From: Deltaproteobacteria bacterium
Lineage (GTDB): Bacteria; Myxococcota; Kuafuiibacteriia; Kuafuiibacteriales; Kuafuiibacteriaceae
Assembly (NCBI GenBank): GCA_040218735.1
Contig: JAVJQW010000019.1
Span: 96,001-160,000, forward strand
Direction of reading: 5' to 3'
DNA: 64,000 bases
Positions 28,908 to 40,320 of this stretch are shown here, piece by piece. Numbering within the stretch: the first letter of the stretch is position 1; each line of letters starts with the position of its first letter. The position numbers and the translations under genes were made by a program. The notes below the pieces were generated by a model. It was not told the origin of the DNA. It did not search any database and saw only the letters and a program-made list of their open reading frames with translations.

Positions 28908-29426
28908 CTAGCGGCAAGCCCCGCACCCCGCGCAGACGTCGATGTCCTTCATGCGCTCGTCGCTGGCCACGAGCTCCCCGGTGGGTGCGATGGCCTCGGC
29001 GGTGATGCGGAATCGTAGCGGGAGCGTGATGGGGAGGTCGCCGAGCGCATCGCGGAGCGCTTGGAGGTCGGCCTCCGACAACAGCTCCACCGTCGCCTCG
29101 GCCTGCTCACCCGGTCCGAGCGCCGCGCCCCTCGCCGGGAGGTCCCTCGGCGTCGCCGGACAGTAGGTCGCGGCCTCTGCGCCGCGGAACCTCGCCGTCG
29201 CACACTCGATGGTCGAGGTCAGCCGGAGCACCTGGAGTCGCTCCGCGGTTCGATTCTCCAGCAGCACACGAACGCCCGTCGCGGGCGGCGCGTCGACGTC
29301 CAGCGTCAGCGTCTCTGCCGCGTCGCCCGTGGGGCACGCGAGGCCGTTGACGAGGAGACCGGGGGCTTCGTCGCCGCCGCACGCCGTCACGAAGGCGAAG
29401 AGTCCTGCGAGCAGCGCGTTACGCAT
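28908..29426 (-). CDS. Hypothetical lipoprotein
   Basis: MRNALLAGLFAFVTAC lipobox; C-terminal CAGCGAC. Confidence 0.65.
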   Translation of the reverse strand: MRNALLAGLFAFVTACGGDEAPGLLVNGLACPTGDAAETLTLDVDAPPATGVRVLLENRTAERLQVLRLTSTIECATARFRGAEAATYCPATPRDLPARGAALGPGEQAEATVELLSEADLQALRDALGDLPITLPLRFRITAEAIAPTGELVASDERMKDIDVCAGCGACR

Positions 29427-29508
29427 GCCCGATAGCTTACGCCGCCTCGTGCGCGCCCGCACACCCGCCCCGTCGCCAATCCCGCGGGACCGCTTGTACG
29501 GGCCCTGC

Positions 29509-30840
29509 ATGAAGCGAAACCTACTCGTCTGCTCTTCTCTACTCCTCGCTTTCGCCTGCCTCGAAGGGGGCTCGAACCTCAACGGCCAGCGGTCCGGTAA
29601 CCGCGAAGGGGGCATCCAGCTCTGGCTCGGCGACATCGCCGTGGACGCGGACGGCCGCTACTTCCTGAGCCGCTCCGAGGACCACCTCGTGGTGGGCGAC
29701 CTCCAGCTCGGGTCGCTGTCGGTCATCGACGAGATACCGGTTCCCGAGGTGCTGGTGTTCCGCCCGGATCGGACCGCCGGCTTCTACGCCGTGCACGTCG
29801 AGGTCGACCAGGACGGCACACCGCGCGAGACGGTGACCTCGTTCGACCTCGACCGGCGCGCGATCCTCTGGGAGAAGCGCCTCACGCGCTGGGACTTCAC
29901 GATGGACGTGACCAAGGACGGCGACCGCCTCGTCCTCACGTCCGGCGACTCGATCCTGGTCCTCGACACCGACGACGGCCTGCAGATCGCCGAGGTTACA
30001 CTCGAGCACCCCGCGGTCGACGTCGACCTGCTGAGCGACGGCCGCATCGTCGCGATGGAGCAGCGCACGTTCGACGCAAACAACCTCCCCGAGGCGCGCG
30101 TGTCGGTGTGGTCCTCCGCGGACGGCTCCGCGATCTGCGAAACGACGATCGACAACTGCGACTCGGAGCTCGTCGTCACCCAGGACAGCGCCCGCGCGTT
30201 CATCGCACCGACCCGCTGCGGCCGCGATCCGATCTCCGTCGTCGACCTCGACTCGTGCACCTACCGCGGCAACCTCCCCGGCTTCGGACCCGTCGCGCTC
30301 TCGCCGGACGGCGACACCGTCGTCGGCTTCGCGGACCGCGACGCCAACGATCCCACTGCGCCGCCGCTCCCGCAGTCCGTGCTCGAGAGCGACGACCGCT
30401 ACCACCTGATGTTCGTGGACGTGGAGTCGCTCGACTACGACACCACCGCGATCGGCGACCTCCTCCCGCGCTACGCCTTCACGCCGAACGGCGCGACGCT
30501 GATCGTCGACCACGACGTGGACCGCAACCAGTCGCGCCCCGGTCCGGTCGTGCTCGTCGACGTCGACGACCGCACCCTCCGCGAGGTCGTGGGACCCGAG
30601 GTGGAGATGAACCACTTCGCGCTGACGCCCGACTCGTCGCGCGCGTTCGTCGTCGACCTCGGCCTGTTCGAGCTCGACATCGAAGAAGCGCTCACGAAGC
30701 GCGTCCCGCTGTCGTTCGACCCCGCGTCCGTGAACATCACGCCGCGCGGCGAGACGCTGCTCCTGAAGGACGCGGTCTACGGCCGCGTGCACCTCTTCGA
30801 CATCGCGTCCGAAGAAGAAGGCGCGACGCTCTCGCTCTAG
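29509..30840 (+). CDS. Beta-propeller (YncE-like) lipoprotein
   Basis: MKRNLLVCSSLLLAFAC; repeated (A/L)xxPDG blade motifs. Confidence 0.75.
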   Translation: MKRNLLVCSSLLLAFACLEGGSNLNGQRSGNREGGIQLWLGDIAVDADGRYFLSRSEDHLVVGDLQLGSLSVIDEIPVPEVLVFRPDRTAGFYAVHVEVDQDGTPRETVTSFDLDRRAILWEKRLTRWDFTMDVTKDGDRLVLTSGDSILVLDTDDGLQIAEVTLEHPAVDVDLLSDGRIVAMEQRTFDANNLPEARVSVWSSADGSAICETTIDNCDSELVVTQDSARAFIAPTRCGRDPISVVDLDSCTYRGNLPGFGPVALSPDGDTVVGFADRDANDPTAPPLPQSVLESDDRYHLMFVDVESLDYDTTAIGDLLPRYAFTPNGATLIVDHDVDRNQSRPGPVVLVDVDDRTLREVVGPEVEMNHFALTPDSSRAFVVDLGLFELDIEEALTKRVPLSFDPASVNITPRGETLLLKDAVYGRVHLFDIASEEEGATLSL

Positions 30841-30923
30841 AGGCGGAAGCCGAGCGCGGAGTGGTCGGTCTGACGGCTGTGCCCAGGTCGCCCGCCCGGA
30901 GGGCGACCGTGAAGGGCGTAGCG

Positions 30924-32630
30924 TTAGCGTAGCCCGAGCAGCCGCTTCACCGCGGGGACGTCCGCGTCCTTCGCGCCGAGCATCTTCCACGCGCGATCGA
31001 TCGTCGCGCGCTCCAGCTTCGGGTTGGCGGCGAGGAGGATGGCGGCGAAGTCGTCGAGCGCCCCGGCTCCGTCGCGCTCCGTGCCGCGGATGTCGTGCAC
31101 GGCGCGTGGGTCGGTCAGGAGCTTCGTGATCCCGGCCGGCGTGACGTCCGCGTCCTTTGCGTTGGCCGCGGTCGCGAGCCCCACGCCGAGCGCGAGTGGG
31201 CTCGCGAAGCTCGTCCCCTCCGATTCCTCGACCTCCCCCATCTGAATCCACACCGGGAGCTTCGTCCCCTGCGCAGCGAGGGCGATGCGGCCCGCCGCCG
31301 AGAACGTCGCGACGCGATCGTCGCGCGGATCGGCGAGGCGCCCGAGGTCCAGCGCGCCGATCCGCAACAGGCCGCGCGTCCCCGTCGAGCCCGACTTCGA
31401 CAGCTCGGGGCGCCCCGAGCGCTTCGCGTCCGCGTACTCATTGCCCGCCGCCTCGAACACGAGGATGCCGACCTTTTGTGCTTCGAAGAGCGCCGTCGTG
31501 AGCTCGGCGCGGGCGGTGTCCATCCGCGCGCGGAAGTCCGTCGTTTGCATCACCTTCATCAGCGCGGGATAGGCCAACCGCTGCTTCAGGGCCTCGACCT
31601 GCGCCTCCATCTTCTCGAAGTCGAATTCGGGCAGGTCCGCGGGTGGGCCCTCCCACGGCGCGTCGTCCGGACCGACCTCGAACGGTTCGTCACAACGCGA
31701 AAACGGCGGTGGCTCGAACGAGATGCCCTCCGGGATCACGACCGGCGCCTCGCCGAGCGTCTCCTTGGCGAGGGCGTGCAGCGGCGAGCCCGGCGGCGCC
31801 GACAGGACCTCCTCGGCGATCGTCTTTGCCATGCGATCCGGGCTCTGGCCGAACGACATGTTCACGAAGATCCGCTTCGCCTCCGGGAGACGTTCGCGCT
31901 GCGCCGCGAGCTGGAGCGTGCGCAGCCGCTTCTCGAGCATCATGCGCTCGAGCTCGTCGGCGGCCCCCTGCACCAACACCTCGAACGACGGCGGCGGTCC
32001 CTCGTCCCCTTCTTCGTAGACGGCGCGGTAGCGCTCGAACTGCGACGGCGACAGCTTCGACTTCGCGAATTCCTCGGGCACGCCGTCCACACTCATCGTG
32101 GACGTCACCGTCTTCACCAGCGGCACCAACCCCACCGCCGCCCGCAGCACGGCGCCCCCGTGCTCGAGGTCGACATCGCTGATGTGCACGTGGTCGCCGC
32201 TCGCCTTGAACAACCCCAGCAGCTCGAGCCGACGCGTCACCTCCGCGCGGTGTTTCATGAGCGGGTGCTCGCCCGAAGGCCTCGTCTTGGGCGCGAGCGC
32301 CTCCGCCGCGAGCTGCCGCGCCGCCACGCCGTACGGCGCCCGCTTCGCCGCTCGTGCGCGTGCGAGCGCCTCCTCGTCGGCCGGACACGTCGCCTCAGAC
32401 TCGATCGTGGGCGGGCGCGCGGCGACGGAGGTCCCGAAAGAGACCGCCGCGAGCACCGCTGCGACGGGCCCCCCGAAGCGCGCGAGCGTCGAGAGGCTCC
32501 ACGCCGACGAGCGCTTCGGGACCGCGGCGGTGCGCGGCGCGTCGGGTTCGACGAGCCGCACCGGCGACGTGTCCGCCGCATTCCATTCGAGCGAACGAGG
32601 GGGGACGGGATCGGCTCGACGCAGACGCAT
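30924..32630 (-). CDS. S8 subtilase-family serine protease
   Basis: EHGGAV, VNMSFG, EAAGNE, ATFSAAG, EGTSFASP. Confidence 0.8.
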   Translation of the reverse strand: MRLRRADPVPPRSLEWNAADTSPVRLVEPDAPRTAAVPKRSSAWSLSTLARFGGPVAAVLAAVSFGTSVAARPPTIESEATCPADEEALARARAAKRAPYGVAARQLAAEALAPKTRPSGEHPLMKHRAEVTRRLELLGLFKASGDHVHISDVDLEHGGAVLRAAVGLVPLVKTVTSTMSVDGVPEEFAKSKLSPSQFERYRAVYEEGDEGPPPSFEVLVQGAADELERMMLEKRLRTLQLAAQRERLPEAKRIFVNMSFGQSPDRMAKTIAEEVLSAPPGSPLHALAKETLGEAPVVIPEGISFEPPPFSRCDEPFEVGPDDAPWEGPPADLPEFDFEKMEAQVEALKQRLAYPALMKVMQTTDFRARMDTARAELTTALFEAQKVGILVFEAAGNEYADAKRSGRPELSKSGSTGTRGLLRIGALDLGRLADPRDDRVATFSAAGRIALAAQGTKLPVWIQMGEVEESEGTSFASPLALGVGLATAANAKDADVTPAGITKLLTDPRAVHDIRGTERDGAGALDDFAAILLAANPKLERATIDRAWKMLGAKDADVPAVKRLLGLR

Positions 32631-32748
32631 CGACCTCGTTATCGGTACCGTCGGTCGAGGCGCGCACGAGGTATCGATGTCACGCGTTCACGCTTCGCCG
32701 AACGACGGTCGGAGCGCGTCGCTACGAAAGCGAAGGCCGGGTTGCCGA

Positions 32749-33780
32749 TTACGGGCCGATGGCGACAGGTACCGTGACGTCGCCCGTCGCGGGGAGCGTG
32801 AAGGCCACGCTCTCGAGCTGGGTCGCCGGACACAGCTCGGCGACCAGCGGGGGCGTCTCCTCCGCGGGCTCCAGCGTATCGCACTCCAGGAACATCCCGT
32901 TGACCGAACACCCGTCGGGGATGGTCGTCTCGTACGCGATGTCCACGCTGTAGCTGCCCGGCACCGCCGGCTGCGGAACCCCCGCGACGCGCGGCGCGGT
33001 CTGATCCGACACCGGCAACGCGCAGTGCTCCGTGTACGGCACCTCGACGAGCGCCCGCGCGTCCCACGTGATCGCGTGCGACATACCCGGGTCGACGCGA
33101 ACGTAGACCCGACCGTGGGGCTTGGGCGGCGGCGGGCACTCGCAGCCGCACTGGAAACCCAGGTTGCGCGACAGGCCGACGTCGAAGGCGTCGCAGAACG
33201 TCCCCTCGGTCATGACGTAGACCGCGAGGGTCGACGTGTTCGTGACGTCGAAGGTGACGGTCTGGCTCGAAGGGACCTCGCTCGGCACGCCGACCGCGAA
33301 CAGCGGCCAGACGAAACCGCTGTTGCCGGAGGCCGTGGCGCGGAGCTGCGTCTCGACGGCGCCAGGCGCAGACGGTGCGAAGCTCGCCGTGACGACGAGC
33401 TCACTCGCGCTGGTGGGGAGCGTCGGACCCGAGATCGCGATGTCGGCGGCCGGCGGGTCGAGCGCGAGCGCGGTGGTGTTGCAGCTGCCGACCTCGGTGC
33501 GCCACACGAAGGTGACGGTCGAGGTGTCGCCGATCGTCACGACCCCCAGGTCCGACCCGAACGAGTGATTGAGTGCGCACGGGAGGCCGGCGTCCGCGAA
33601 GCCGGCGTCGGCGACCGTGACGCCGCCGTCGCGACCCGCGTCACGAGGACCGGCGTCACGAGGGCCGGCGTCGCGGTTCTGTCCGTTGGCGCCGCCATTG
33701 CCGTTGCCGTGGTCGATGATGTCCATGGAACAGGCGGCGAGCGTGAGGAGGGCACAGTAGGTGGGGGCCCGTTTCATCAT
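32749..33780 (-). CDS. Cys-rich lipoprotein with RDAG linker repeats
   Basis: LAAC lipobox; RDAGPRDAGPRDAG; FQCGCECPPPP. Confidence 0.75.
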   Translation of the reverse strand: MMKRAPTYCALLTLAACSMDIIDHGNGNGGANGQNRDAGPRDAGPRDAGRDGGVTVADAGFADAGLPCALNHSFGSDLGVVTIGDTSTVTFVWRTEVGSCNTTALALDPPAADIAISGPTLPTSASELVVTASFAPSAPGAVETQLRATASGNSGFVWPLFAVGVPSEVPSSQTVTFDVTNTSTLAVYVMTEGTFCDAFDVGLSRNLGFQCGCECPPPPKPHGRVYVRVDPGMSHAITWDARALVEVPYTEHCALPVSDQTAPRVAGVPQPAVPGSYSVDIAYETTIPDGCSVNGMFLECDTLEPAEETPPLVAELCPATQLESVAFTLPATGDVTVPVAIGP

Positions 33781-33792
33781 GCCCAGATCACG

Positions 33793-33831
33793 CGAATCGA
33801 CGCCCCGAGTTTCCTAGCGGGCGTCGATTCG
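33793..33831. terminator. 13-bp perfect inverted repeat (terminator or operator)
   Basis: CGAATCGACGCCC-N13-GGGCGTCGATTCG between the araC-like stop and the next gene; no U-tract. Confidence 0.45.
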
Positions 33832-33850
33832 GGCCCCTCGGAGGGTAGCC

Positions 33851-34942
33851 CTACGGGCCCGACGCGACCAGGGCCGGCCCGCGGCGAAGCCGACGGCGGT
33901 ACTCACTCGGCGTCGTCTTCGTCCAGCGCTTGAACGCGCGCCGGAAGGCGCGGGTGTCGGCGTAGTCGAGCGCGATGGCGATGTCCTGCACCGACTCAGT
34001 TCCCGCGAGCATCTGACGCGCGCGCTCCTCGCGGATCTCGCGGAGGAGCTGCTGGAACGTCACGCCCTCGCGCTGCAAGCGGTCCTGCAGCGTGCGCGGG
34101 CTGAGCCCCATGCGCGCGCCGCACTTCGTCACCGTGAGGGCGTCGCCGTCGTCGAGGTTCGCCTCGAGCGTCTGGCGAACGAGCGCCGTCGAGGTGGGCG
34201 GCGGGACGAAGTCGTCTATCTTGTGGCGCAGGCCGCGCTCGAGGACGTCGCACAGCACCGGGTCGGCGTCGCGCATCGGTAGCTGCAAGACATCTTGCGG
34301 GATGACGATCTCCGGCGACGCCGAAGTGGCCACGACCGGCGCACCGATCGCCGCGCTGAGGGCCTCGACGTGACGCGGGTCCGCGAAGTCGACGCGCACC
34401 TCGCGCGGGCTCCACACGTACGACGTCGCGGAGCGCGCGACGCGCAACACGCTGGTCAGCGCAAACGCGGCGGCGGTGTCGGCGACGCGCGTCCCTCGGC
34501 CGTGAGGCTCGAGGTAACGGAGCACGAAGTCGCCGTCCGTCTTCAGCTCGAAGATCGGCGCACCGTGGAGGATCGCGTTGTAGCGCGCGAACGCGCGGAA
34601 CGCGTCGGCGAGCGTGGCGCTCGTGCGGAACACGTACTCCACCTCCTGGAAGTCACCCCGCGCGATCGCCTCCGCGACCGCAGGGCCGAAGTTCACGCAA
34701 TCGACCTCGTCGAGCACTCGCTCCCAGATGCGGTGTTCGATCGCACACGCCACGTACGCGTCGGGCGCGGCGAGCGCGGTACGTGAGATGCCGACCTCGT
34801 CGAGGATCCGATCCACGTCGACCCCGCGCGCCTCGGCGACACCGACGAGGGCGCGCACGATGGCCGCGGTGACGTAGCTCTTCGGCGTGGACGCCGCGAA
34901 ACGGCGCGATTCGATACGATGGCGAGTCTGCACGTCGTTCAT
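33851..34942 (-). CDS. AraC-family transcriptional regulator (OruR/ArgR-like, N-terminal ligand domain)
   Basis: MGLSPRTLQDRLQREGVTF, IAIALDYADTRAFRRAFKRWT..TP; start placed downstream of a sigma54 motif. Confidence 0.88.
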   Translation of the reverse strand: MNDVQTRHRIESRRFAASTPKSYVTAAIVRALVGVAEARGVDVDRILDEVGISRTALAAPDAYVACAIEHRIWERVLDEVDCVNFGPAVAEAIARGDFQEVEYVFRTSATLADAFRAFARYNAILHGAPIFELKTDGDFVLRYLEPHGRGTRVADTAAAFALTSVLRVARSATSYVWSPREVRVDFADPRHVEALSAAIGAPVVATSASPEIVIPQDVLQLPMRDADPVLCDVLERGLRHKIDDFVPPPTSTALVRQTLEANLDDGDALTVTKCGARMGLSPRTLQDRLQREGVTFQQLLREIREERARQMLAGTESVQDIAIALDYADTRAFRRAFKRWTKTTPSEYRRRLRRGPALVASGP

Positions 34943-34955
34943 GACCCGGCTCGGT

Positions 34956-34971
34956 TGCAAGCTCGGATCCA
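34956..34971 (-). promoter_or_regulatory. sigma54 -24/-12 promoter
   Basis: Minus strand TGGATCCGAGCTTGCA. Confidence 0.5.
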
Positions 34972-35100
34972 CCCACGCAACAAACGGGACCGCGCACGAG
35001 GCCTGTGTCATTCCGCCCCACGCTGCCCGTTGGCGCCGCGACAGAAGCGCACGGCCCAAGTGTCTCGCCGAGCTCCGACCCGTAGTTCCCGACCGGCACA

Positions 35101-36672
35101 CTAGAGTGCGACGAAGATCGAAGCGCCCCCCTCGGGCCGTCGCTCCGCGCGCGCGTCGCCGCCGTGGGCGCGCGCGATCGCGCGGACCGTCGCGAGCCCG
35201 AGCCCCGTGCCCCCGCGGGTGCGCTCCGTGCTGTGAAAGCGCTCGAACGCGCGGTCGAAGTGCCCCTCGGGCAGCACCGGCCCGTGGTCCCTGACTTCCA
35301 GGAGCCGCCCCTTCGCAGCGTCGCGCACGAAGACGTCGGCCGCACCGCCGTGGCGAAGCGCGTTGTCGAGGAGGTTCGTGACGAGGGTGTCGAGGAGCTC
35401 GGGTGCGTAGGTGATCGTCCGGTCCTTCGCGTCGAAGTGCACCACGACCTCGCCGCCGTGGCGTCGGTAGCGCTCCACGACGCCGTCGAGGAACCCGGCG
35501 AGATCGAACGTCTCGCGGACGGGTTTCGTCGACTCGATGCGGGCGAGGTCGAGGATGCGCAGCACGAGCCCGTCCATGCGGAGCGCGTCGCTTCGGATGT
35601 TCTCGAGGAACCGCTTCTGCTGCGCTTCCGACATCGTGTCGGCGTCTTCGATCAACAGCTCCGCCGCGCCGCGCAGCGAGGTCAGCGGCGTCTTCAGCTC
35701 GTGGGCCGTGTTCGCCGCGAACTCGCGGATGTACTCCGCGCGGGTCTCCAGCTGGTCGCGCATCTTCTGAATGGAATGCGACAGCGCGTGGATCTCCTGC
35801 GGAGCGATCCGACCCACGCGGTGCGACTCGACGTCGGCCCCCTCCGCGACGTCCTCCGCGTGGCGGCGCAGCCGTGACAGCGGACCGGCGATCGTCGCGG
35901 TGACGAACGCGACGATCGTGAACGTGATCAACAACGACAACAGCAGCGGCAGGTACAGCCGCTCTCGCCACTGCCACAGCGCCTTCGTCGTGTTGAGCGG
36001 CGTTCGGTTGTTGTACACCGCGCCGATCACCCGCGCCCCCGTCCCGACGCGCGCGTAGGGGTCTTCGAAGATCGGCACCGCGAGGGACACCCGCAGCCGC
36101 GCCGCACGGCTCAGACTCGATAGCGGCGGATCCGGTTCGTCGGAGAAGCGCTTGCGCAACACCGGTGCGTAGTCCCCGCGCAAGGCAGCTTGCACCTCGT
36201 GCAGGTGCGCGAGGCTGTACCCGGTCTGGCGCATCGACGACGCCACGACGATCCCCTCCGCGTTCACCACGCGCGCGCCGGTGAGGTTGCGAATCACCGT
36301 GCGTTCCAGGAGCGGCGTCACCGAGGCGCCCGCCTGCGTCGACGTCGACACCGCACCGACGCGCGTCGCGGGCCCGAGGATCGGCGACTTCGTGAACTCC
36401 AGCTGCGCGCGGTACGGCAGGTACGGTTCGTAACCTCGCTGTAGCGGATCGCGGAGCGGCCGCATCGCGGTGTCGGGATCCAACACCCGGCGGTACACCT
36501 CGCCGATCACGACGGCCTCGGAGACGAGCACCTCTTCGGTCTGGCGGATCAGCGCGCCCTCGTAGAGGCGCAGGACACCGACGAGGAGGAACGGCAGCAC
36601 GAGCACCAGCAGGAACAGCACCGACAGGAGGGTGCGGACCCGCGGCGCCCAGACGACCTTCGACTTGTTCAT
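35101..36672 (-). CDS. Sensor histidine kinase (HAMP-HisKA-HATPase, CreC/ChvG-like)
   Basis: Two TM segments; AHELKTPL; NLLDNA; DHGP; GTGLGL; start MNKSKV at 36672. Confidence 0.92.
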   Translation of the reverse strand: MNKSKVVWAPRVRTLLSVLFLLVLVLPFLLVGVLRLYEGALIRQTEEVLVSEAVVIGEVYRRVLDPDTAMRPLRDPLQRGYEPYLPYRAQLEFTKSPILGPATRVGAVSTSTQAGASVTPLLERTVIRNLTGARVVNAEGIVVASSMRQTGYSLAHLHEVQAALRGDYAPVLRKRFSDEPDPPLSSLSRAARLRVSLAVPIFEDPYARVGTGARVIGAVYNNRTPLNTTKALWQWRERLYLPLLLSLLITFTIVAFVTATIAGPLSRLRRHAEDVAEGADVESHRVGRIAPQEIHALSHSIQKMRDQLETRAEYIREFAANTAHELKTPLTSLRGAAELLIEDADTMSEAQQKRFLENIRSDALRMDGLVLRILDLARIESTKPVRETFDLAGFLDGVVERYRRHGGEVVVHFDAKDRTITYAPELLDTLVTNLLDNALRHGGAADVFVRDAAKGRLLEVRDHGPVLPEGHFDRAFERFHSTERTRGGTGLGLATVRAIARAHGGDARAERRPEGGASIFVAL

Positions 36673-37361
36673 TCCCCGGGCACGCAGGTGCCGAGGCGGT
36701 AGCCGAGCCCGAACACCGTCTCGATCGGCTGGCTCCCCGAGTCGAACTTCTTCCGGATGCGTTTGACGTGGGTGTCGATCGTCCGCTCCGTCACGTGGTT
36801 GTCGAAGCGGTAGGCGCGCTCCACGAGCTCCGCCCGTGTGTACACCTTGCCGGGGTGACGGATCAGCGCTTCGAGGAGGCCGAACTCCGTCACCGTCAGC
36901 ACCACCGGGCGACCGTTCCACGACACCTCGAAACGCTCGGCGTCCAGCACGAGCTTCCCGTGAGTCTTCGCCTCGCTCGACGCGGGCGGTGACGCCGACA
37001 TCTCGACCCGCCGCAGCATCGCCTTGACGCGCGCGACGAGCTCGCGCTTGGAGAACGGCTTGGTGATGTAGTCGTCGCCGCCGACCTCCAGGCCGATGAT
37101 CTTGTCGATCTCCTCGTCCTTCGCGGAGAGGAACAACACCGGCACGGCGCTGCTCGTCCTCAGGCGCCGGCACACCTCGATGCCGTCGAGGCCCGGCATC
37201 ATGATGTCGAGGACCACGAGCTCGGGCTCCTCGGCGAGCGCGGCTTCGAGGCCCTTGTTGCCGTCCTCGCGCGCCACCACGACGTGCCCCGCGCTCTCGA
37301 GCGCGTACTGGACGACCTCGCGGATGTGGGGGTCGTCGTCGACGATCAGGATCTTGGCCAC
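36669..37361 (-). CDS. OmpR-family response regulator
   Basis: ILIVDDD, VLDIMMP, DDYITKPF, RTIDTHVKRIRKK, IETVFGLGY; GTG start at 37361. Confidence 0.95.
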   Translation of the reverse strand: MAKILIVDDDPHIREVVQYALESAGHVVVAREDGNKGLEAALAEEPELVVLDIMMPGLDGIEVCRRLRTSSAVPVLFLSAKDEEIDKIIGLEVGGDDYITKPFSKRELVARVKAMLRRVEMSASPPASSEAKTHGKLVLDAERFEVSWNGRPVVLTVTEFGLLEALIRHPGKVYTRAELVERAYRFDNHVTERTIDTHVKRIRKKFDSGSQPIETVFGLGYRLGTCVPGE

Positions 37362-37933
37362 TTCGCTCGCTCCAGGAACGCCTCGCCGCGCGGGGACAGA
37401 CGGTACCCCACCTTCAGGCTCTCCGTGAGCCCCAGCGCCTTGAGCTTCCGAACGTCCGTCTTGAACGGCTTCGTCTCGCGCCCCATCAGCTCCGCGAGCT
37501 CGGGCGCCCGGCGGGCTGGGAACTTCGCAATCAGGCGCAGCGTCCGCTCGGTCCACGCCCCGTAGCTCGACGCGGTATCGTAGCGCTGCATCCGCTTCTC
37601 CAGGTCCGCGACGGTATCCTCGTCGAGGGCGGCGTCGTTCCGCAGCGCGATGCGCGGATCCTCACCGGCGTGTTTCACGCGCACGCGGTACAGCGTGCCC
37701 TCCCGGCCGGCCATGGAGTCGAGGACGTCCTGGACCGAATCGAACCCCGCCCGCCGCGCCGCGCGCGTCGTGATGGCGTCCTCCTCGACCGCGTCGACCG
37801 CGAGGATCTCGAGCACGCCGATCTTGGTCTTGAGCGTCCCGCCCTTCTTCACCGTCGGCCGCTTCTGACGGCGGAACACGAGGTCGACGTCCCCCGCCTC
37901 GATCGCCTGGAGCACGGCTTGTTTCAGGAGCAT
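37346..37933 (-). CDS. ASCH/PUA-like domain protein with C-terminal winged helix
   Basis: FRRQKRPTVKKGG; FKTDVRKLKALGLTESLKVGYRLSPRG. Confidence 0.75.
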   Translation of the reverse strand: MLLKQAVLQAIEAGDVDLVFRRQKRPTVKKGGTLKTKIGVLEILAVDAVEEDAITTRAARRAGFDSVQDVLDSMAGREGTLYRVRVKHAGEDPRIALRNDAALDEDTVADLEKRMQRYDTASSYGAWTERTLRLIAKFPARRAPELAELMGRETKPFKTDVRKLKALGLTESLKVGYRLSPRGEAFLERAKWPRS

Positions 37934-38007
37934 CCGGGCGCCAGCCTACCTTGGGGCATGGATAGGGCGCGACAGCGCGCTCGAAGTTTGGGTAGGATTC
38001 GGGCGCG

Positions 38008-40254
<2,247 letters not shown>

Positions 40255-40320
40255 TTCCGACGTCCGGGTCGCTCCCTGACGCGCCGCAGCGCCGCGGTGT
40301 GACCCGCGCCCACCAATGGG

